Below, one piece after another: positions 29,603-40,536 of a stretch of DNA of 64,000 bases; position 1 is the stretch's first letter; every line of letters starts with the position of its first letter. Origin of the DNA: an uncultured Candidatus Saccharibacteria bacterium. Its GTDB lineage: Bacteria > Patescibacteriota > Minisyncoccia > Phycocordibacterales > UBA2100. The DNA lies in assembly GCA_964589005.1 (NCBI GenBank), contig CAZPQI010000001.1, forward strand, positions 67,675-131,674, written 5' to 3'. The notes beneath the pieces were generated by a model. That model did no database searches. It saw only the letters and a list, made by a program, of their open reading frames with translations, and was not told the origin of the DNA. The translations under genes were made by a program, and so were the position numbers.

Positions 29603-31423
29603 TTACTTCTGATTATTCTTTTGGTTGCTCGTTGCCATTTTTCTGTCGGTTTCGGTGAGGTACTGCTTACGTAAGCGAATATCACTCGGCGTTACCTCCA
29701 AATACTCATCTGCGCCCATATACCCCATCGCTTTTTCTAATGTTAACTCTAGTGGCGGTGCAAGCTTTATATTTTCATCCGTCCCTGACGCACGCATATT
29801 TGTAAGTTGCTTGCCTTTTGTAGGGTTTACCATCATATCTTCTCCTTTAGAAGTATTACCGACTACCATTCCTTCATATACTTCAGTAGTGGGAGCGATA
29901 TACAATACTCCTCTCTCTTGCAAATTTGCCAATGAAAAACCAAGTGCTTTCCCATTTGCCATTGAAACCATCGAACCAAGTTCTGTTTTCTGAATTTCTC
30001 CAGCGTATGGTCCAAAGTGACTAAATATAGATGTCATAATTCCCTCTCCTTTTGTGTCGATGATCATTTCGTTTCTATACCCTAAGAGTCCTCGCGTAGG
30101 AACTTCTAACGTAATACGCACCTCTCCGTGCTCTTGCACCATACCTGTCATAACACCACGACGCTTTCCCAATTTTTCAATAACCGCTCCAGAGAATTCG
30201 TCTGGGACCAAAATGCTCACATCTTCATACGGTTCCAATTTTTTACCATCTTTTTCTTTAAAAATAACTTCAGGTTGCGAAACAGAAAGCTCGAATCCTT
30301 CACGACGCATATTTTCTATTAGAACTGCAAGATGCAATTCCCCTCGTCCGTACACCTTCATTCGTGCGCCCTCTAGAAAGTCTACACGAAGCCCGACATT
30401 TACTTCTAATTCTTTTTCTAAACGCTCTCGAATCTGTCGTCCAGTTACATACTTTCCTACGCGTCCTGCAAATGGGGAACTATTTACAAACATAAAGAAG
30501 GAGATCGTGGGCTCATCCACTGCAATAGCGGGAAGTGCTTCGCCTCCGGCAACTTGCAAAAGTGTGTGACCGATAAAAATTTCTGGGATACCCGCAATCA
30601 TCACAATGTCACCTGCGCTAGCCTCTTTAACTTCTTTTTTGGTCATACCTTCAAACGTAAAAAGTTTTGCTACTTTCCCCTTGAACTCATTGCCCGTAGC
30701 ATCTTTAAGAAAAATGTCTTGCTTCTCTTTAATAGTTCCTTCATAAATGCGCGCCACACCCATACGTCCGAGAAAATTATCATGCGCAAGGTTGAATACT
30801 TGGCTAGACAGAGCCTTGTCTTTAAGGTTATCTCCCGAAGCTGCGGGGATTTTTTCTAGTATTGTGTCGAGTATTGGAGTTAAATCCACGGCGTTGTCTT
30901 CCATTTTACGCTTTGCCACACCATCGCGCCCAATAGCGTATAGCGTCGGAAAATCCAATTGTTCGTCAGTCGCTCCAAGATCTAAAAAGAGTTCGTATAC
31001 AGCCTCCTGAGCTTTATCCACATCCGCTGCTGGTTTATCAATCTTGTTTAAAATAAGTATCGGCTTGAGTCCAAGCTCGAGCGATTTCTTCAATACAAAT
31101 TTTGTTTGTGGCATTGGACCTTCGGCTGCGTCTACTACCAATAAAACAGAATCGATCGAACGCAGTACACGTTCAACTTCTGAACCAAAATCGGCGTGCC
31201 CAGGCGTATCGAGGATATTTATCTTGGTGTCTTTATAGAATACGCTAGTATTTTTTGCATAGATTGTAATACCCCGTTCCATTTCCAGTGCATCAGAATC
31301 CATAGATACTCCTTCTTTTCCAGCACCAGTTTGCGCAAGAAGAGCATCAGTAAGTGTTGTCTTACCGTGGTCTACGTGGGCTATGATTGCTATGTTTCGT
31401 ATTTCCATATGTATAACTTTCAT
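29603..31423 (-). CDS. typA: Translational GTPase TypA/BipA
   Basis: AHVDHGKTT, DTPGHADF, NKID, GRGELHL, NMRASG. Confidence 0.97.
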   Translation of the reverse strand: MKVIHMEIRNIAIIAHVDHGKTTLTDALLAQTGAGKEGVSMDSDALEMERGITIYAKNTSVFYKDTKINILDTPGHADFGSEVERVLRSIDSVLLVVDAAEGPMPQTKFVLKKSLELGLKPILILNKIDKPAADVDKAQEAVYELFLDLGATDEQLDFPTLYAIGRDGVAKRKMEDNAVDLTPILDTILEKIPAASGDNLKDKALSSQVFNLAHDNFLGRMGVARIYEGTIKEKQDIFLKDATGNEFKGKVAKLFTFEGMTKKEVKEASAGDIVMIAGIPEIFIGHTLLQVAGGEALPAIAVDEPTISFFMFVNSSPFAGRVGKYVTGRQIRERLEKELEVNVGLRVDFLEGARMKVYGRGELHLAVLIENMRREGFELSVSQPEVIFKEKDGKKLEPYEDVSILVPDEFSGAVIEKLGKRRGVMTGMVQEHGEVRITLEVPTRGLLGYRNEMIIDTKGEGIMTSIFSHFGPYAGEIQKTELGSMVSMANGKALGFSLANLQERGVLYIAPTTEVYEGMVVGNTSKGEDMMVNPTKGKQLTNMRASGTDENIKLAPPLELTLEKAMGYMGADEYLEVTPSDIRLRKQYLTETDRKMATSNQKNNQK

Positions 31424-31701
31424 AACTACGTATATTTTGAATGAAGAAATAAACGTAGTGATTATTCTGAATTTATGTCTCGATTTCTCCCCGCTTTTCT
31501 TAGGGAGAAATTGCTAGACCACAATTACCACTAACAATCCCTCACGCCTCGAACTGTACGTAGTTCTGCAACTTCTACACTAGTTGCATTTAAACAAAAA
31601 AACCCGCACTAGCGGGTAATGTGTGCAAACTATACAACACTTGCACTATTAATTCAATATGTGCGCTATACTAAACTTATATTAAGTAATTACGTACGTG
31701 T

Positions 31702-32085
31702 ATGTTGGAATCTATTATTATAAACGTAAATTGGGTCGCGACTCTTGTCGGAGCAGTCGTAGCCTTTGGTGTTGGATGGTTGTGGTACTCACAAAAAATG
31801 TTTGGTACTAAATGGGCAGAAGGAATCGGATTAGTTGGAGATCACAAACCAACGACGCACGCAATGGTTGCGCAAGGTGTTGGAACTTTTCTTCTCGCAT
31901 GGGTTATCGGTGTTACTGAAACCACGGGAGCAATTGCTCTTGCTATTCTTATTGCACTTACCATTTCGGTTCTTATAAAAGCCAACGGCTTTTGGTCCCA
32001 AAAAAGTAAGTATGCAATTGCTGTTGAATCGGGATACATTCTCGTTATGGTGATCATTATGATCGCCGCACACGCATTTTTGTAA
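31702..32085 (+). CDS. DUF1761 family membrane protein
   Basis: NW.A....G.LWYS..MFG.KW pattern. Confidence 0.8.
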   Translation: MLESIIINVNWVATLVGAVVAFGVGWLWYSQKMFGTKWAEGIGLVGDHKPTTHAMVAQGVGTFLLAWVIGVTETTGAIALAILIALTISVLIKANGFWSQKSKYAIAVESGYILVMVIIMIAAHAFL

Positions 32086-32188
32086 GAATTTTAAAAAATG
32101 GCACAGGTCAAGCTAAAAACAAAAGGACACTGCGAAGCGTCTCTGATTTTCTTAATGGAATCAAGAAAAGCGCGCAGCTACAAAGACG

Positions 32189-33250
32189 ATGGGAGATAAC
32201 ATAAAAAACCAATTTCGTCCGTATATGAAATACATACCGACGGCTGCACTAGCATTCGGTCTGGTTTTCGATATTTTTACAATCGACCGACCAGACGCAC
32301 TATTTGAAAACGTAACCATCATTGGTTACTTAGTACTCAGTGCTCTTGCGATGCTCGCTCTACAAGCTCGTATACATAAAGAAAGCGAAAATAAAAGATT
32401 ACTACTACTTGGTATTTTACAATTTAGTTTCGGAAACCTAGCGAGCGCACTTATGGTGCTTTACGCACGTAGTGGAACACTAGCTGGAAGCGCAATTTTT
32501 ATTATTATTCTTGCGCTTTTATTAATTGGAAATGAAGTACTTAAAAATAACTACGCACGAACTCATTTGCGAATTGTGATTTGGTTCACACTCCTGCTTA
32601 CTTACAGCACACTCGCAGTTCCAATACTTTTAAACAGCATCGGTGTAATGACATTCTTTGTAAGTATTCTCATAGCACTTGGTCTTGCAGCGTTTTTTGT
32701 CTTTCTTCTTTCTCGAGTCGTACGTAACTCATTCAAAAGTCGTGCTCGTCGTGCGTTAGTTTCGGTCGTGCTGGTAGCAACAGGCTTTAGTGGCTTGTAT
32801 TTTGCTAATCTTATCCCTCCTGTACCACTCGCACTAAAATCTATCGGCATCTACCACTCAGTTGAACGAGTAGACCAAGTGTATAATGCGCAATACGAGG
32901 CACCGCGATGGTACGAATTTTGGCGAGAAACTAACAAAACATTCAGCTATAAAGCAGGTGATCTTGCGTATTGTTTTTCTTCAGTATTTGCACCACGTGA
33001 TTTAAAAACTGAAATCCGCCATCGATGGGAAAGATATGACGAAACAAAAAAGGAATGGCGAACTGTTGCGCGTATTCCATTTCCCATCCTTGGCGGTCGC
33101 GATGCTGGGTTCCGAGGCTATACACAAACTTCACAAATATCTGAGGGCACATGGCGTTGCGGTGTTGAAACTGCACGAGGTAATTTAATTGGACGCACCA
33201 CATTTATAGTAGAAAACGGGACTCAAAAAATAAAATCTACCACTCTATAA
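32189..33250 (+). CDS. Membrane protein with C-terminal DUF2914-like domain
   Basis: IPPVPL, FSSVFAP, HRW, GGRDAGFRGYT, G.WRC.VET. Confidence 0.75.
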   Translation: MGDNIKNQFRPYMKYIPTAALAFGLVFDIFTIDRPDALFENVTIIGYLVLSALAMLALQARIHKESENKRLLLLGILQFSFGNLASALMVLYARSGTLAGSAIFIIILALLLIGNEVLKNNYARTHLRIVIWFTLLLTYSTLAVPILLNSIGVMTFFVSILIALGLAAFFVFLLSRVVRNSFKSRARRALVSVVLVATGFSGLYFANLIPPVPLALKSIGIYHSVERVDQVYNAQYEAPRWYEFWRETNKTFSYKAGDLAYCFSSVFAPRDLKTEIRHRWERYDETKKEWRTVARIPFPILGGRDAGFRGYTQTSQISEGTWRCGVETARGNLIGRTTFIVENGTQKIKSTTL

Positions 33251-33908
33251 CTTTTTCATTTTTTTCATGCAGATACTTATTTGCCTGACTAAAATGTTTG
33301 CAGCCGAAAAAACCATTATATGCAGAAAATGGTGACGGATGCGAAGCCTCAAGCACCAAGTGTTTTGCCCAGTCGATGTCACTCCCCTTCTTTTTTGCGT
33401 AGTTTCCCCACAACATAAATACAATTCCTTCGCGTTCGTCAGATAACTTCTTAATTATCGCATCAGTAAATTCTTCCCAACCTTTTCCTTGGTGCGAGCC
33501 AGCTTCGTGAGCTTGAACTGTAAGAGTAGAATTAAGAAGAAGCACCCCTTGTTTCGCCCATCTCTCTAAATCACCACCACCTTCCAGTAATGATGGACAT
33601 CCGATGTCCATCATTATCTCTTTATATATGTTTTGTAGTGAAGGGGGAAGCCGCACACCCTCGCTGACCGCAAAACATAAACCATTTGCTTGTCCTTCGC
33701 CATGGTATGGATCTTGCCCAAGAATAACAACTTTAACGTCATCAAACGGACATAGGTCTAAAGCTCGAAATATGTTTTTTGGATGAGGGTATACTTTTCT
33801 CTCAGAATATTCTTCGTGTACGAATTCGCACAAATTTTTAAAGTACGTTTTATTAAACTCACTTTTTAGTTTAATTCCCCACGATTTTTCAATTTGAACA
33901 TCTTTCAT
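33237..33908 (-). CDS. ung: Uracil-DNA glycosylase family 1
   Basis: GQDPYH, GVLLLN, HPSP. Confidence 0.97.
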   Translation of the reverse strand: MKDVQIEKSWGIKLKSEFNKTYFKNLCEFVHEEYSERKVYPHPKNIFRALDLCPFDDVKVVILGQDPYHGEGQANGLCFAVSEGVRLPPSLQNIYKEIMMDIGCPSLLEGGGDLERWAKQGVLLLNSTLTVQAHEAGSHQGKGWEEFTDAIIKKLSDEREGIVFMLWGNYAKKKGSDIDWAKHLVLEASHPSPFSAYNGFFGCKHFSQANKYLHEKNEKVIEW

Positions 33909-34053
33909 AATTATCTAAAAGAGTACCACGTTGCATCAACCTCAATCACCTATTTTCGACGAGAATATAAAGAAAACAAAAAGCACTGTAAGTGATACGT
34001 CATAAAAAGTAACGTATCACTTACAGTGTATATATTGATTGAGCGCATTCACA

Positions 34054-34431
34054 CTAAACTGCTTCATCACCAACCACCTTTGTGCTGGTGATTAAATATC
34101 CTTTAAGCGTATTGGCGTACCTAACTTTTATAACCCTGTACGTTCCGAAGTCTTCGATTACATTTAGTACTGTAATGAGTCGGACAATCCTGATACATAG
34201 CAGATTACTGTTAAAAAGTTCCACACCCTTATTGAAATCCCTTTCAAACATTTTTCCGATTAAAATAGCAGTGTCCTTGTTCTGACAATACGGACCAGTA
34301 AAAAGAGTCATCTCACCAATCGTAAATGGTTTCTTATACTTTCGAGGATGGTAAGAAGCTGTGAGAAAGAAAATCATGGTGAAACTCAACGCAAGAGTAA
34401 TGGTTACCCTGCGAAACCTTTCCATATTCAT
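34054..34431 (-). CDS. Hypothetical protein with N-terminal TM/signal
   Basis: ORF only. Confidence 0.5.
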   Translation of the reverse strand: MNMERFRRVTITLALSFTMIFFLTASYHPRKYKKPFTIGEMTLFTGPYCQNKDTAILIGKMFERDFNKGVELFNSNLLCIRIVRLITVLNVIEDFGTYRVIKVRYANTLKGYLITSTKVVGDEAV

Positions 34432-34579
34432 TTATTTGCCTTTCTACAAAAAATTGCCCTTAAAAAAGAGCGACTATAGTAAGTAATATATAAATACTGC
34501 ACTTAGTCAATAAAATATGCATAACCGTACATATAAAAACACTCGTCAATGACGAGTGTTTTTATATGTATCACTACCG

Positions 34580-34849
34580 TTATTTACGGAAGCAATCACG
34601 ACACTTCAAATTGCTAGTGTCTCGAGGTTCAAATGGTAAGCTCGTAATGGCTCCCCCACAATCAGCACAAGTCCAGTTTCCTTCGTGCATTGCACGTTCA
34701 GGACGATCAGTTTGCCCTTTCTTGTGGCAGTCTCCGCATTTAAGCGAGTCTGCTCGCGCAGGATCTGGTTCGAATGGAAGTTCTGTAATTGCACCTCCAC
34801 AACTACCACATTTCCAATCTCCAGTGAACATTTTTCTTTCTTCGTTCAT
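34580..34849 (-). CDS. Tandem CxxC-x17-CxxC zinc-ribbon protein
   Basis: Two repeats of W.C..CG..IT.LPFEP.....L.C.DC. Confidence 0.85.
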   Translation of the reverse strand: MNEERKMFTGDWKCGSCGGAITELPFEPDPARADSLKCGDCHKKGQTDRPERAMHEGNWTCADCGGAITSLPFEPRDTSNLKCRDCFRK

Positions 34850-34976
34850 TGTAAAATATTTTTTCTATTAGTACGTTTTCAGTGTCGACGCGATTAGTGC
34901 ACACAAACTGCAGGCAAATCTATTTCGAAAACCATAATAAGCCTATCACGTATGATATACTCTCGCATACAAAATT

Positions 34977-35714
34977 ATGGATAGAGAAAAACCCGCACTC
35001 GAGATAAAAAATTTACACAAAGCGTACGGCAAAACAGTTGCTGTGGACGATATTTCTCTTACACTACCGCGTGGTGCTTTTTTAGGGCTCTTGGGACCAA
35101 ACGGTGCAGGTAAATCGACTCTTATAAACTGCATTGTAGGAGTAAACAAAATAACAAGTGGTACGATTAGCACTTTTGGGTTCGATGTCGAAAAAGACTA
35201 CCGTGAATCGCGCAGAACAATTGGCATCGCCCCACAAGAATTTAATGTGGATTTTTTCGCAAAAGTTTGGAAAGTCCTCGACTATGTAGGCGGGTACTAC
35301 GGTATGCGAAAAGAAGAGAGGGCACAACGTATCGAAGAACTCCTTGACCAATTTCAACTTCAGAAACATCGCGATAAATCGTTTAACGAACTATCGGGTG
35401 GATTAAAGCGACGTGTTGTGCTCGCTCGTGCACTCATACACGACCCTGAGCTCATCATTCTAGACGAGCCAACAGCAGGGATTGATGTTGAGCTCCGCCG
35501 TGAATTATGGGGACACTTACAAGAACTTTCAAAACGAGGAAAAACCATACTCCTTACATCTCACTACCTCGACGAAGTAGAGTTGCTCGCAGACCGTTTT
35601 GCTTTTATTAGCGACGGAAAAATAGTTGCACAAGGATCAAAAGAGAAAATGCTCACAGGAGGTAAAGACTTAGAAGATTTATATCTTGAATTAACTAGTA
35701 ATAACAACGTATGA
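34977..35714 (+). CDS. ABC transporter ATP-binding protein (YadG-like)
   Basis: GPNGAGKST, LSGG, LDEPT, SH. Confidence 0.93.
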   Translation: MDREKPALEIKNLHKAYGKTVAVDDISLTLPRGAFLGLLGPNGAGKSTLINCIVGVNKITSGTISTFGFDVEKDYRESRRTIGIAPQEFNVDFFAKVWKVLDYVGGYYGMRKEERAQRIEELLDQFQLQKHRDKSFNELSGGLKRRVVLARALIHDPELIILDEPTAGIDVELRRELWGHLQELSKRGKTILLTSHYLDEVELLADRFAFISDGKIVAQGSKEKMLTGGKDLEDLYLELTSNNNV

Positions 35715-36472
35715 ACTGGATAGGACTCTACACACTCGTGCGCAAAGAAATGGAGCGAACATTTCGCGTGGTTATTCAGACAATTTTTAGCCCTGTTATT
35801 TCTGCCACACTATTTATATTTGTCTTTGGAACAATCGTAGGGACACGCATCGACGAAATCGGAGGCGTACCATATATCGTATTCGTATTTCCAGGAATTT
35901 TAATTATGAATGTTCTTACGTCAGCGTTCTCTCACTCTTCAAGCGCAATATATTTTGCTCGGTTTATTCGTAACATCGACGAAATGCTTGTCGCCCCTCT
36001 TTCATACTTCGAAATTATGCTGGCTAATGTCATCAGTTCTGTAACGCGCGCCATTGTCGTTGGTTTTGTTATTGTGCTTGTGGGTATTCTTTTCGGCGCT
36101 GTTCAAATGCAAAACTTCTTTCTCTTTCTCATATATATTATCGCAGTTGCTGTTGTTTTTGCACTTCTTGGTATTATTACTGGTCTTGCCGCCAAAAGTT
36201 TTGAGCAACTTAATATTTTAAGCACGTTTATAATACTTCCTTTCTCATTTTTGGGAGGAATGTTTTACACACTCGATATGTTACCCGCTGCGGCACAAAA
36301 AGTAGCCGTTCTTAATCCATTCTTTTACTTTGTTGATGGAATTCGCTACGCAATGGTAGGTATTCACGACTCCAATCTGCTTGTCGGCGCTGGACTAATG
36401 CTTGCACTCATTCTTTCGCTAGGAGCCATAGTATGGTGGATTTTCTACACTGGTTGGAGAATTCGTGAATAG
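35711..36472 (+). CDS. ABC-2 permease (YadH-like)
   Basis: Six TM segments, FLGGMFY, NPFFY.VDG.RY. Confidence 0.9.
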   Translation: MNWIGLYTLVRKEMERTFRVVIQTIFSPVISATLFIFVFGTIVGTRIDEIGGVPYIVFVFPGILIMNVLTSAFSHSSSAIYFARFIRNIDEMLVAPLSYFEIMLANVISSVTRAIVVGFVIVLVGILFGAVQMQNFFLFLIYIIAVAVVFALLGIITGLAAKSFEQLNILSTFIILPFSFLGGMFYTLDMLPAAAQKVAVLNPFFYFVDGIRYAMVGIHDSNLLVGAGLMLALILSLGAIVWWIFYTGWRIRE

Positions 36473-36501
36473 AAGGAATTAACTCTAGAGTTAATTCCTT
36501 C
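36472..36501. terminator. 30-bp perfect palindrome after the ABC permease
   Basis: GAAGGAATTAACTCTAGAGTTAATTCCTTC. Confidence 0.5.
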
Positions 36502-36518
36502 ATGGTATACTCCCCATT

Positions 36519-37043
36519 ATGAGCACAACACTACGCCTTTCGGGAGCTGTGATACTCTCCGTAATAGCGTTTATTCTTTGGGCGATTACTTCTCCTTCGA
36601 CGACAATAGAACCAATAGTTGCCGAGCCTGAGTCAGCAGTGGTAACACGAGTAATAGATGGGGACACCATAGTGATTACTGGTGCTGAAAAAGTACGACT
36701 TATCGGTATAAATACTCCTGAATTTTATGGAGATTCCGAAAGTAACGAATGTTTTGCGTTAGAAGCAAAATCGCTCATCGAACAACTTATCCTCGGAAAA
36801 AGTATACGTCTAGAAAGCGACGTTTCGCAGACCGACAAATATAACCGACTTTTACGATATGTATATATCGAAAATTCCCCTTCTTCTGATGCCGAAGATG
36901 TGTCAGTAAATGAAATCTTGGTGCAAGAAGGATTCGCACGCGCTCGTGCTTTTCCACCCGACACTAAACTACAAGCAGAACTAAAAGGACTAGAGCGCAA
37001 CGCACAAGAAAACAAACTCGGTTTATGGGGAGTATGTGAATAG
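36519..37043 (+). CDS. Thermonuclease (SNase-like)
   Basis: VIDGDT, VRLIGINTPE, DKYNRLLRYV, GLW. Confidence 0.93.
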   Translation: MSTTLRLSGAVILSVIAFILWAITSPSTTIEPIVAEPESAVVTRVIDGDTIVITGAEKVRLIGINTPEFYGDSESNECFALEAKSLIEQLILGKSIRLESDVSQTDKYNRLLRYVYIENSPSSDAEDVSVNEILVQEGFARARAFPPDTKLQAELKGLERNAQENKLGLWGVCE

Positions 37044-37055
37044 TGTTCGCCTTCC

Positions 37056-37487
37056 CTAACTCTTTACATGCGCAGGACACTTACATCCATGTGGTTTTAT
37101 AAATTCATCCACATATTCTTTTCCATAGTCGTATCCAAGTTCCTCTCCTACTGTAATATTTCTTGTTGCATAAAAGTTAAGTTGTCCTGCTTCGACTTCT
37201 ACCTCTGCATTTGGCTTACAAAAATGATTAATGTATCGCGCAGTATTCTCGCGTGTTGCTCCATCAATTGTATACCACTCGTTTATTTCAAATAAATATT
37301 TTGTCAGTCGTTTGTCTGCTTGCGCTGCTGAAATAAGCTCTCCAGTGTATTCAACTATAAATTCCCCTTTCTGTATTGGCGCTGTTGCAAAAAGACCAAG
37401 CCCCATACCCGTGCTGGCTCGTTTAACTGTAATTTTTGGCTGTGTACTTTGTGTATCTGTCATATAAGCTGTAAAATATAAGCACAT
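37056..37487 (-). CDS. SET-domain protein
   Basis: GLGLFA, EYTGE, RYINHFCKPN, GEELGYDYG, CKC. Confidence 0.92.
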   Translation of the reverse strand: MCLYFTAYMTDTQSTQPKITVKRASTGMGLGLFATAPIQKGEFIVEYTGELISAAQADKRLTKYLFEINEWYTIDGATRENTARYINHFCKPNAEVEVEAGQLNFYATRNITVGEELGYDYGKEYVDEFIKPHGCKCPAHVKS

Positions 37488-37728
37488 GGATATTTACACA
37501 AGTAGCTCGCTAGCACAAGCAAGTTCTGCCGCTTCCTCTGTGTGGGTACCAATGTTTCTTGCAATATTCGTATTTTTTGTACTCTATAGTGCGGTGCTCG
37601 TGTATCATTGGTTTACATACAGTATTCACGCACGTGCCGCCATTATGGCAACCACCGCTTATTTTATACTGAGTGCAGTGTTTCTTTTTTCAATGCTAGC
37701 GAGCGCCGTCACACTTTCAATTTTTTAA
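37486..37728 (+). CDS. Small membrane protein
   Basis: Two TM helices, YHW..Y motif. Confidence 0.6.
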   Translation: MDIYTSSSLAQASSAASSVWVPMFLAIFVFFVLYSAVLVYHWFTYSIHARAAIMATTAYFILSAVFLFSMLASAVTLSIF

Positions 37729-37737
37729 TTTTTTATT

Positions 37738-38304
37738 ATGGTGCATAGATTACTACATAAAATAAGTTTGCAGCAAAACGAGAAGGTCTTGCTTATAGTA
37801 CGAAAACATTGGTTTACCTACTTTGTAAGCACACTAGGAATTATTGGTATCGGCATACTCCCCTTTATCGTCATCGCATTCGTTGCTCCCTTTATAGCCG
37901 CCAACCCTGCGGTGCCCGCTTTTTTTACCGCAGTATGGTTACTAGCTATTTGGATGATGTTTTTTACTGTCTGGACAAACTACTATTTAGACATATGGAT
38001 AGTTACCGACAAACGAATTATAAATATAGACCAAGTATATTTATTTAAACGCAACATATCTACACTGCGAGTTGAACGCGTGCAGGATATTAAAATAGAA
38101 GTCCATGGTTTTTTTGCAACGTTCTTTGATTTTGGAAATATACAAATTCAAACTGCAGGTCCAGAAGCCAGCTTTTATCTTATTAAAGGAATTCCTAATC
38201 CGAGCAATGTACGCAACGCCATTTTAGAGCGCGTTGATTTAACGACCGAACACAAAGACCGTTTCCAATACAACACCGATCAACGACCGTCGCAGAGCGA
38301 ATAG
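37738..38304 (+). CDS. Bacterial PH-domain membrane protein
   Basis: RKHW, WIVTDKRII, VQD, FGNIQIQTAG. Confidence 0.8.
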   Translation: MVHRLLHKISLQQNEKVLLIVRKHWFTYFVSTLGIIGIGILPFIVIAFVAPFIAANPAVPAFFTAVWLLAIWMMFFTVWTNYYLDIWIVTDKRIINIDQVYLFKRNISTLRVERVQDIKIEVHGFFATFFDFGNIQIQTAGPEASFYLIKGIPNPSNVRNAILERVDLTTEHKDRFQYNTDQRPSQSE

Positions 38305-38333
38305 TAATATATGCAAGACACTGATTACGTTTT

Positions 38334-39596
38334 TTGCTATTATTGCTGCTAATGAAACTTTCAACAGATAGCTACAAAGGAGTACGAGATTTTTATCCAC
38401 GCGATAAATTTGTACACGACTATATGGTAAATACTCTTTCGCAGGTGTGTGAGAGTTTTGGCTATGAATCTTACGACGCCTCAATTTTAGAACCTGCCGA
38501 GCTTTATAGAACTAAAACAAGCGATGAAATAGTCACTGAGCAAACCTATACATTTGAAGATCGAGGTGGCCGCGAAGTCACACTGCGCCCTGAAATGACT
38601 CCAACGGTAGCGCGCATGGTCGCTGGGAAATCGCGCGAGCTTGGCTTTCCACTGCGTTGGTACTCAATGCCAAACCTTTTTAGATACGAACGAGCACAAC
38701 GAGGTCGCCTTCGTGAGCATTGGCAACTTAACGCCGATTTATTTGGCATTGCTGGAGTAGATGCAGATGTGGAAATAATTTCGCTTGCATATAACCTTAT
38801 GACCTCCTTTGGTGCAACTGATGCTGATTTCGTAATTCGACTCAACGACCGAAGTGTCTTTGAACACATTTTTGACGAACTAAATATAGACTCAGGAACT
38901 CGCAAGGGTATCATGTCTCTTTTAGACAAACGCGCTAAAATAGACAACTTTGAAAGCGAACTCACAAAATTAACCGGAGACAAATCAAAAAAACTCATCG
39001 AGCTTCTTAATAGCGCCGCCTCCAACCCACTACTAGAAAACTTGCAATCACGCTTGGTTACACTTGGAATCACCAACGCTATCATCGACACTTCAATTGT
39101 TCGTGGTTTTGACTATTACACTGGTATGGTTTTCGAAATATTTGATACAGCGAAAGAAAATAATCGCTCACTAGCAGGTGGCGGCCGTTACGACGGTCTC
39201 CTTGAAATGTTTGGCGTTGACGCTATTCCCACTGTCGGTTTTGCGCTTGGTGATGTCACTATGAAAGATTTTTTGGAAACCCATGATCTCCTTCCTGAGT
39301 ACGTTTCGCCGACTGACATAATGCTGTGCGTCCTAGACGAAAATTCAACAGAATTTGCAAATCAAGTGGCGCAAAGTCTGCGTGACCAAGATATTAACGT
39401 TGCGGTTAATTACTCTTATAAAAAAGCAGGTGACCAAATCAAGCTCGCAGACAAAAAGTCGATTCCTTTCGCCGCGTGTGTTGGTGCAAAAGAGATAGAT
39501 AGTGGCAAACTTTCTGTAAAACATTTAGCAAGCGGTGACCAAAGCGAACTTTCGATTGAAGAAATAGCCGACCATATATTCACTCACGAATTATAG
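38334..39596 (+). CDS. hisS: Histidine--tRNA ligase
   Basis: KGVRDF, LRPEMT, RYERAQRGR, RGFDYYTG, GGGRYD; start probably ATG near 38352. Confidence 0.97.
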   Translation: MLLLLLMKLSTDSYKGVRDFYPRDKFVHDYMVNTLSQVCESFGYESYDASILEPAELYRTKTSDEIVTEQTYTFEDRGGREVTLRPEMTPTVARMVAGKSRELGFPLRWYSMPNLFRYERAQRGRLREHWQLNADLFGIAGVDADVEIISLAYNLMTSFGATDADFVIRLNDRSVFEHIFDELNIDSGTRKGIMSLLDKRAKIDNFESELTKLTGDKSKKLIELLNSAASNPLLENLQSRLVTLGITNAIIDTSIVRGFDYYTGMVFEIFDTAKENNRSLAGGGRYDGLLEMFGVDAIPTVGFALGDVTMKDFLETHDLLPEYVSPTDIMLCVLDENSTEFANQVAQSLRDQDINVAVNYSYKKAGDQIKLADKKSIPFAACVGAKEIDSGKLSVKHLASGDQSELSIEEIADHIFTHEL

Positions 39597-39692
39597 GATT
39601 CTCTACATGGGAAAACACAAGGGAATCAAACCAAAACTAACAGCAATAGATGCTTTATCGAGGCCAATAAAGAAATATGCTACACTAAAAAT

Positions 39693-39932
39693 ATGGACAT
39701 CGATAAACTTGCAATAATAATGAAAGATGGTTTTGACTCAGTTGATACACGTTTCGATTCCATCGAACAAGAACTACGAGAAATGCGTAACGAATTCAGC
39801 CAACAACTGAAAGAAGTAAGAAACGATATCGAAAACTTACAACAAATGCGTGGATACTCAAAAGAGATTGATACGCTTATAGGTCGTGTCGGAGAACTCG
39901 AAAAACAATTTAAGCAAAAATTCGCGTCGTAG
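39693..39932 (+). CDS. Small coiled-coil protein
   Basis: GFDSVDTRFD heptad pattern. Confidence 0.6.
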   Translation: MDIDKLAIIMKDGFDSVDTRFDSIEQELREMRNEFSQQLKEVRNDIENLQQMRGYSKEIDTLIGRVGELEKQFKQKFAS

Positions 39933-39960
39933 CCACTACTAATACTGTAATATCTCTAGG

Positions 39961-40536
39961 ATGCGTAAAATAGTTTTTGATATAGAAACGAGTAATACTT
40001 TTGGAGACGTGGGCTCGGGGAATCCCGCAGCGCTGGATATATCGGTTGTATGCTTGCATGATTCTGAAACAGACGAATACCATTCGTTTCTTCAGGAAGA
40101 TTTCTCGAAACTATGGAAATTTATTGAAGGAGCCGACATGCTTATAGGATACAATTCAGATCATTTCGATATTCCTCTTTTGGATAAATACTACCCTGGC
40201 GACTTAACTGCTATAAAAAGTTTAGATTTGTTGAAAGAAATTCACGCATCACTTGGACGTCGTGTTAAACTCGACGCAATTGCACAGGCGACCCTTGGAG
40301 AAAAAAAGAGCGGGCATGGCTTGCAAGCAATCCAGTGGTGGCGCGCAGGTGAAAAACAAAAAGTTATTGACTACTGTATTCAGGATGTAAAAGTAACCAA
40401 GAAAGTGTACGAATACGCACGTAAGCACGGAAAAGTGAAATATAAAGATTTAAGTACCATTAAAGATATTCAGCTCGATACAAGCACATGGGAAAACAAA
40501 GAAGATTCGTCGCTCACACATACTCTACCATTTTAA
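39961..40536 (+). CDS. DEDD/RNase H-like 3'-5' exonuclease
   Basis: FDIET, GYNSDHFD, YCIQDV. Confidence 0.85.
   Translation: MRKIVFDIETSNTFGDVGSGNPAALDISVVCLHDSETDEYHSFLQEDFSKLWKFIEGADMLIGYNSDHFDIPLLDKYYPGDLTAIKSLDLLKEIHASLGRRVKLDAIAQATLGEKKSGHGLQAIQWWRAGEKQKVIDYCIQDVKVTKKVYEYARKHGKVKYKDLSTIKDIQLDTSTWENKEDSSLTHTLPF

Noticed and set aside
26945-34566. Hairpins near 26950, 27970, 28265, 28880, 33985 and 34535 as a repeat family
   Set aside because: Sequences are unrelated, flanked by A/T tracts and located at gene ends; ordinary bidirectional intrinsic terminators explain them.
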